This document shows, one piece after another, positions 62,939 through 64,000 of a stretch of 64,000 nucleotides of DNA. The translations under genes and the position numbers were made by a program. How positions within the stretch are numbered: the stretch's first letter is position 1; each line of letters opens with the position of its first letter. Source of the stretch: Octopus vulgaris (Eukaryota); the NCBI GenBank assembly GCA_951406725.2, contig OX597825.1, positions 61,132,001 to 61,196,000 on the forward strand, written 5' to 3'. The notes beneath the pieces were generated by a model. It did not search any database. It was not told the DNA's origin and saw nothing but the letters and a program-made list of their open reading frames with translations.

Positions 62939-63399
62939 GGTTAATAGTTTGATCATTTTTAGCCAGTCAGAAAACAAATATAAAGTGCTGGGATTTTTTG
63001 CATCAAAACTTATGGTGTTGATCAAAGTGTTGAAAGTATTACAGAGGTGTATGTCAAACACTGAAAATAGGGCAGTATGCAATTTTTGCTCGTTACTATA
63101 GAAACAGACAATATGAGATTCACAGTCATGTTGTATAACGGTGGCTTTTAATTGGCTAAAGTTACCCATAATTTACAACTTTAAAAACAATTAAGATTTT
63201 ATTCATTAATTGATGGCCAAAAAGAATTTCATTTTAATAATCAACAAGCAAAACTCAATCAGTATAACGAGATTTGAAAACAATTTGAACAAATTCGAAA
63301 AAACAGGAAATCTTTGATAGCAACCAAAACAATCTCTTTTATCCATACTATTTATGTTTAGCCCCCAGCATAATACTGATCAAAGAGACCTAAACTTTT

Positions 63400-63570
63400 A
63401 TTATTATTAAGAGCGTGGGCTACTAACCCCAAGATTCTGAGTTCGATACCAGATATATGCATATCCACGTGCGCACCTACTAACACACATATATGCATAT
63501 GCATATGCATATATAATTATGAACACAGCCATATACCATTCAAGCACAAACATATGCAGATTGATATATA

Positions 63571-63635
<65 letters not shown>

Positions 63636-63700
63636 TAATAATAATAATAGTAATAATAATAATAATAACAACAACATCGAAAAATACCTTAGATGAGGAC
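63400..63700 (+). mobile_element. Second, internally deleted copy of the tRNA-head/(AAT)n/pLTR-tail element
   Basis: TTATTATTAAGAGCGTGGGCTACTAACCCCAAGATTCTGAGTTCGATACC, then (AAT)n at 63571-63668, then AACATCGAAAAATACCTTA joined directly to GATGAGGACAA (hammerhead segment absent). Confidence 0.7.
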
Positions 63701-64000
63701 AACATCCTAAATATTCCACATCATACCATCTCAGTTTCATTTGAAATATATCAAATTTTTTTTTTTATTCAATACATTCATTTCTTCTTTAAGATACTAA
63801 AATATGACTTGAGAAAGAAAATTTAGCTCTTATTTCTAACAGGTTAAATAACAACATGAATTCTCTCTTGATAATATCAACATTTTTGCACATATGTTGA
63901 CATAAACATTGTTGTGAATCTCTGGTTCTTTATATGTTTTTGGAGCGAAAAATATTTTTGTATATTCTCTGTTGGCTTTCATCTTGTTTTTGTGATATAT

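Overview
Very AT-rich, repeat-dominated animal genomic DNA. The SINE families and the dense (AT)n, (AC)n, (CATA)n and (CAT)n microsatellites point to an Octopus-like cephalopod. I find no intact protein-coding gene. Almost all long ORFs in the track are microsatellite read-through, and the recognisable coding remnants are dead transposable elements. DNA transposons: a full-length irritans-type mariner (10325-11600), a mellifera-type mariner (22610-23866) with a 545-bp deletion derivative (28096-28640), a truncated Tc1, hAT fossils and MITEs, and a piggyBac-type MITE. Retroelements: RTE fragments, an R4/Dong-like restriction-endonuclease LINE fossil, Penelope GIY-YIG fragments, and more than 30 copies of at least four tRNA-derived SINE families. 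The most notable signal is a set of several unrelated short elements carrying minimal hammerhead-ribozyme-like cores (CTGAnGA - stem - GAAA - palindrome). Many of them sit in head-to-head fold-back insertions, and one fuses a tRNA-like Pol III head to an (AAT)n tract and a hammerhead-bearing tail (about 61.3-61.76 kb, with a second copy at about 63.4-63.7 kb). Also noted are tightly spaced inverted SINE pairs (potential ADAR substrates), a few orphan splice-signal-bounded exon candidates, TALE/Hox motif clusters in unique DNA, and several local duplications. All calls are by eye, without database searches.
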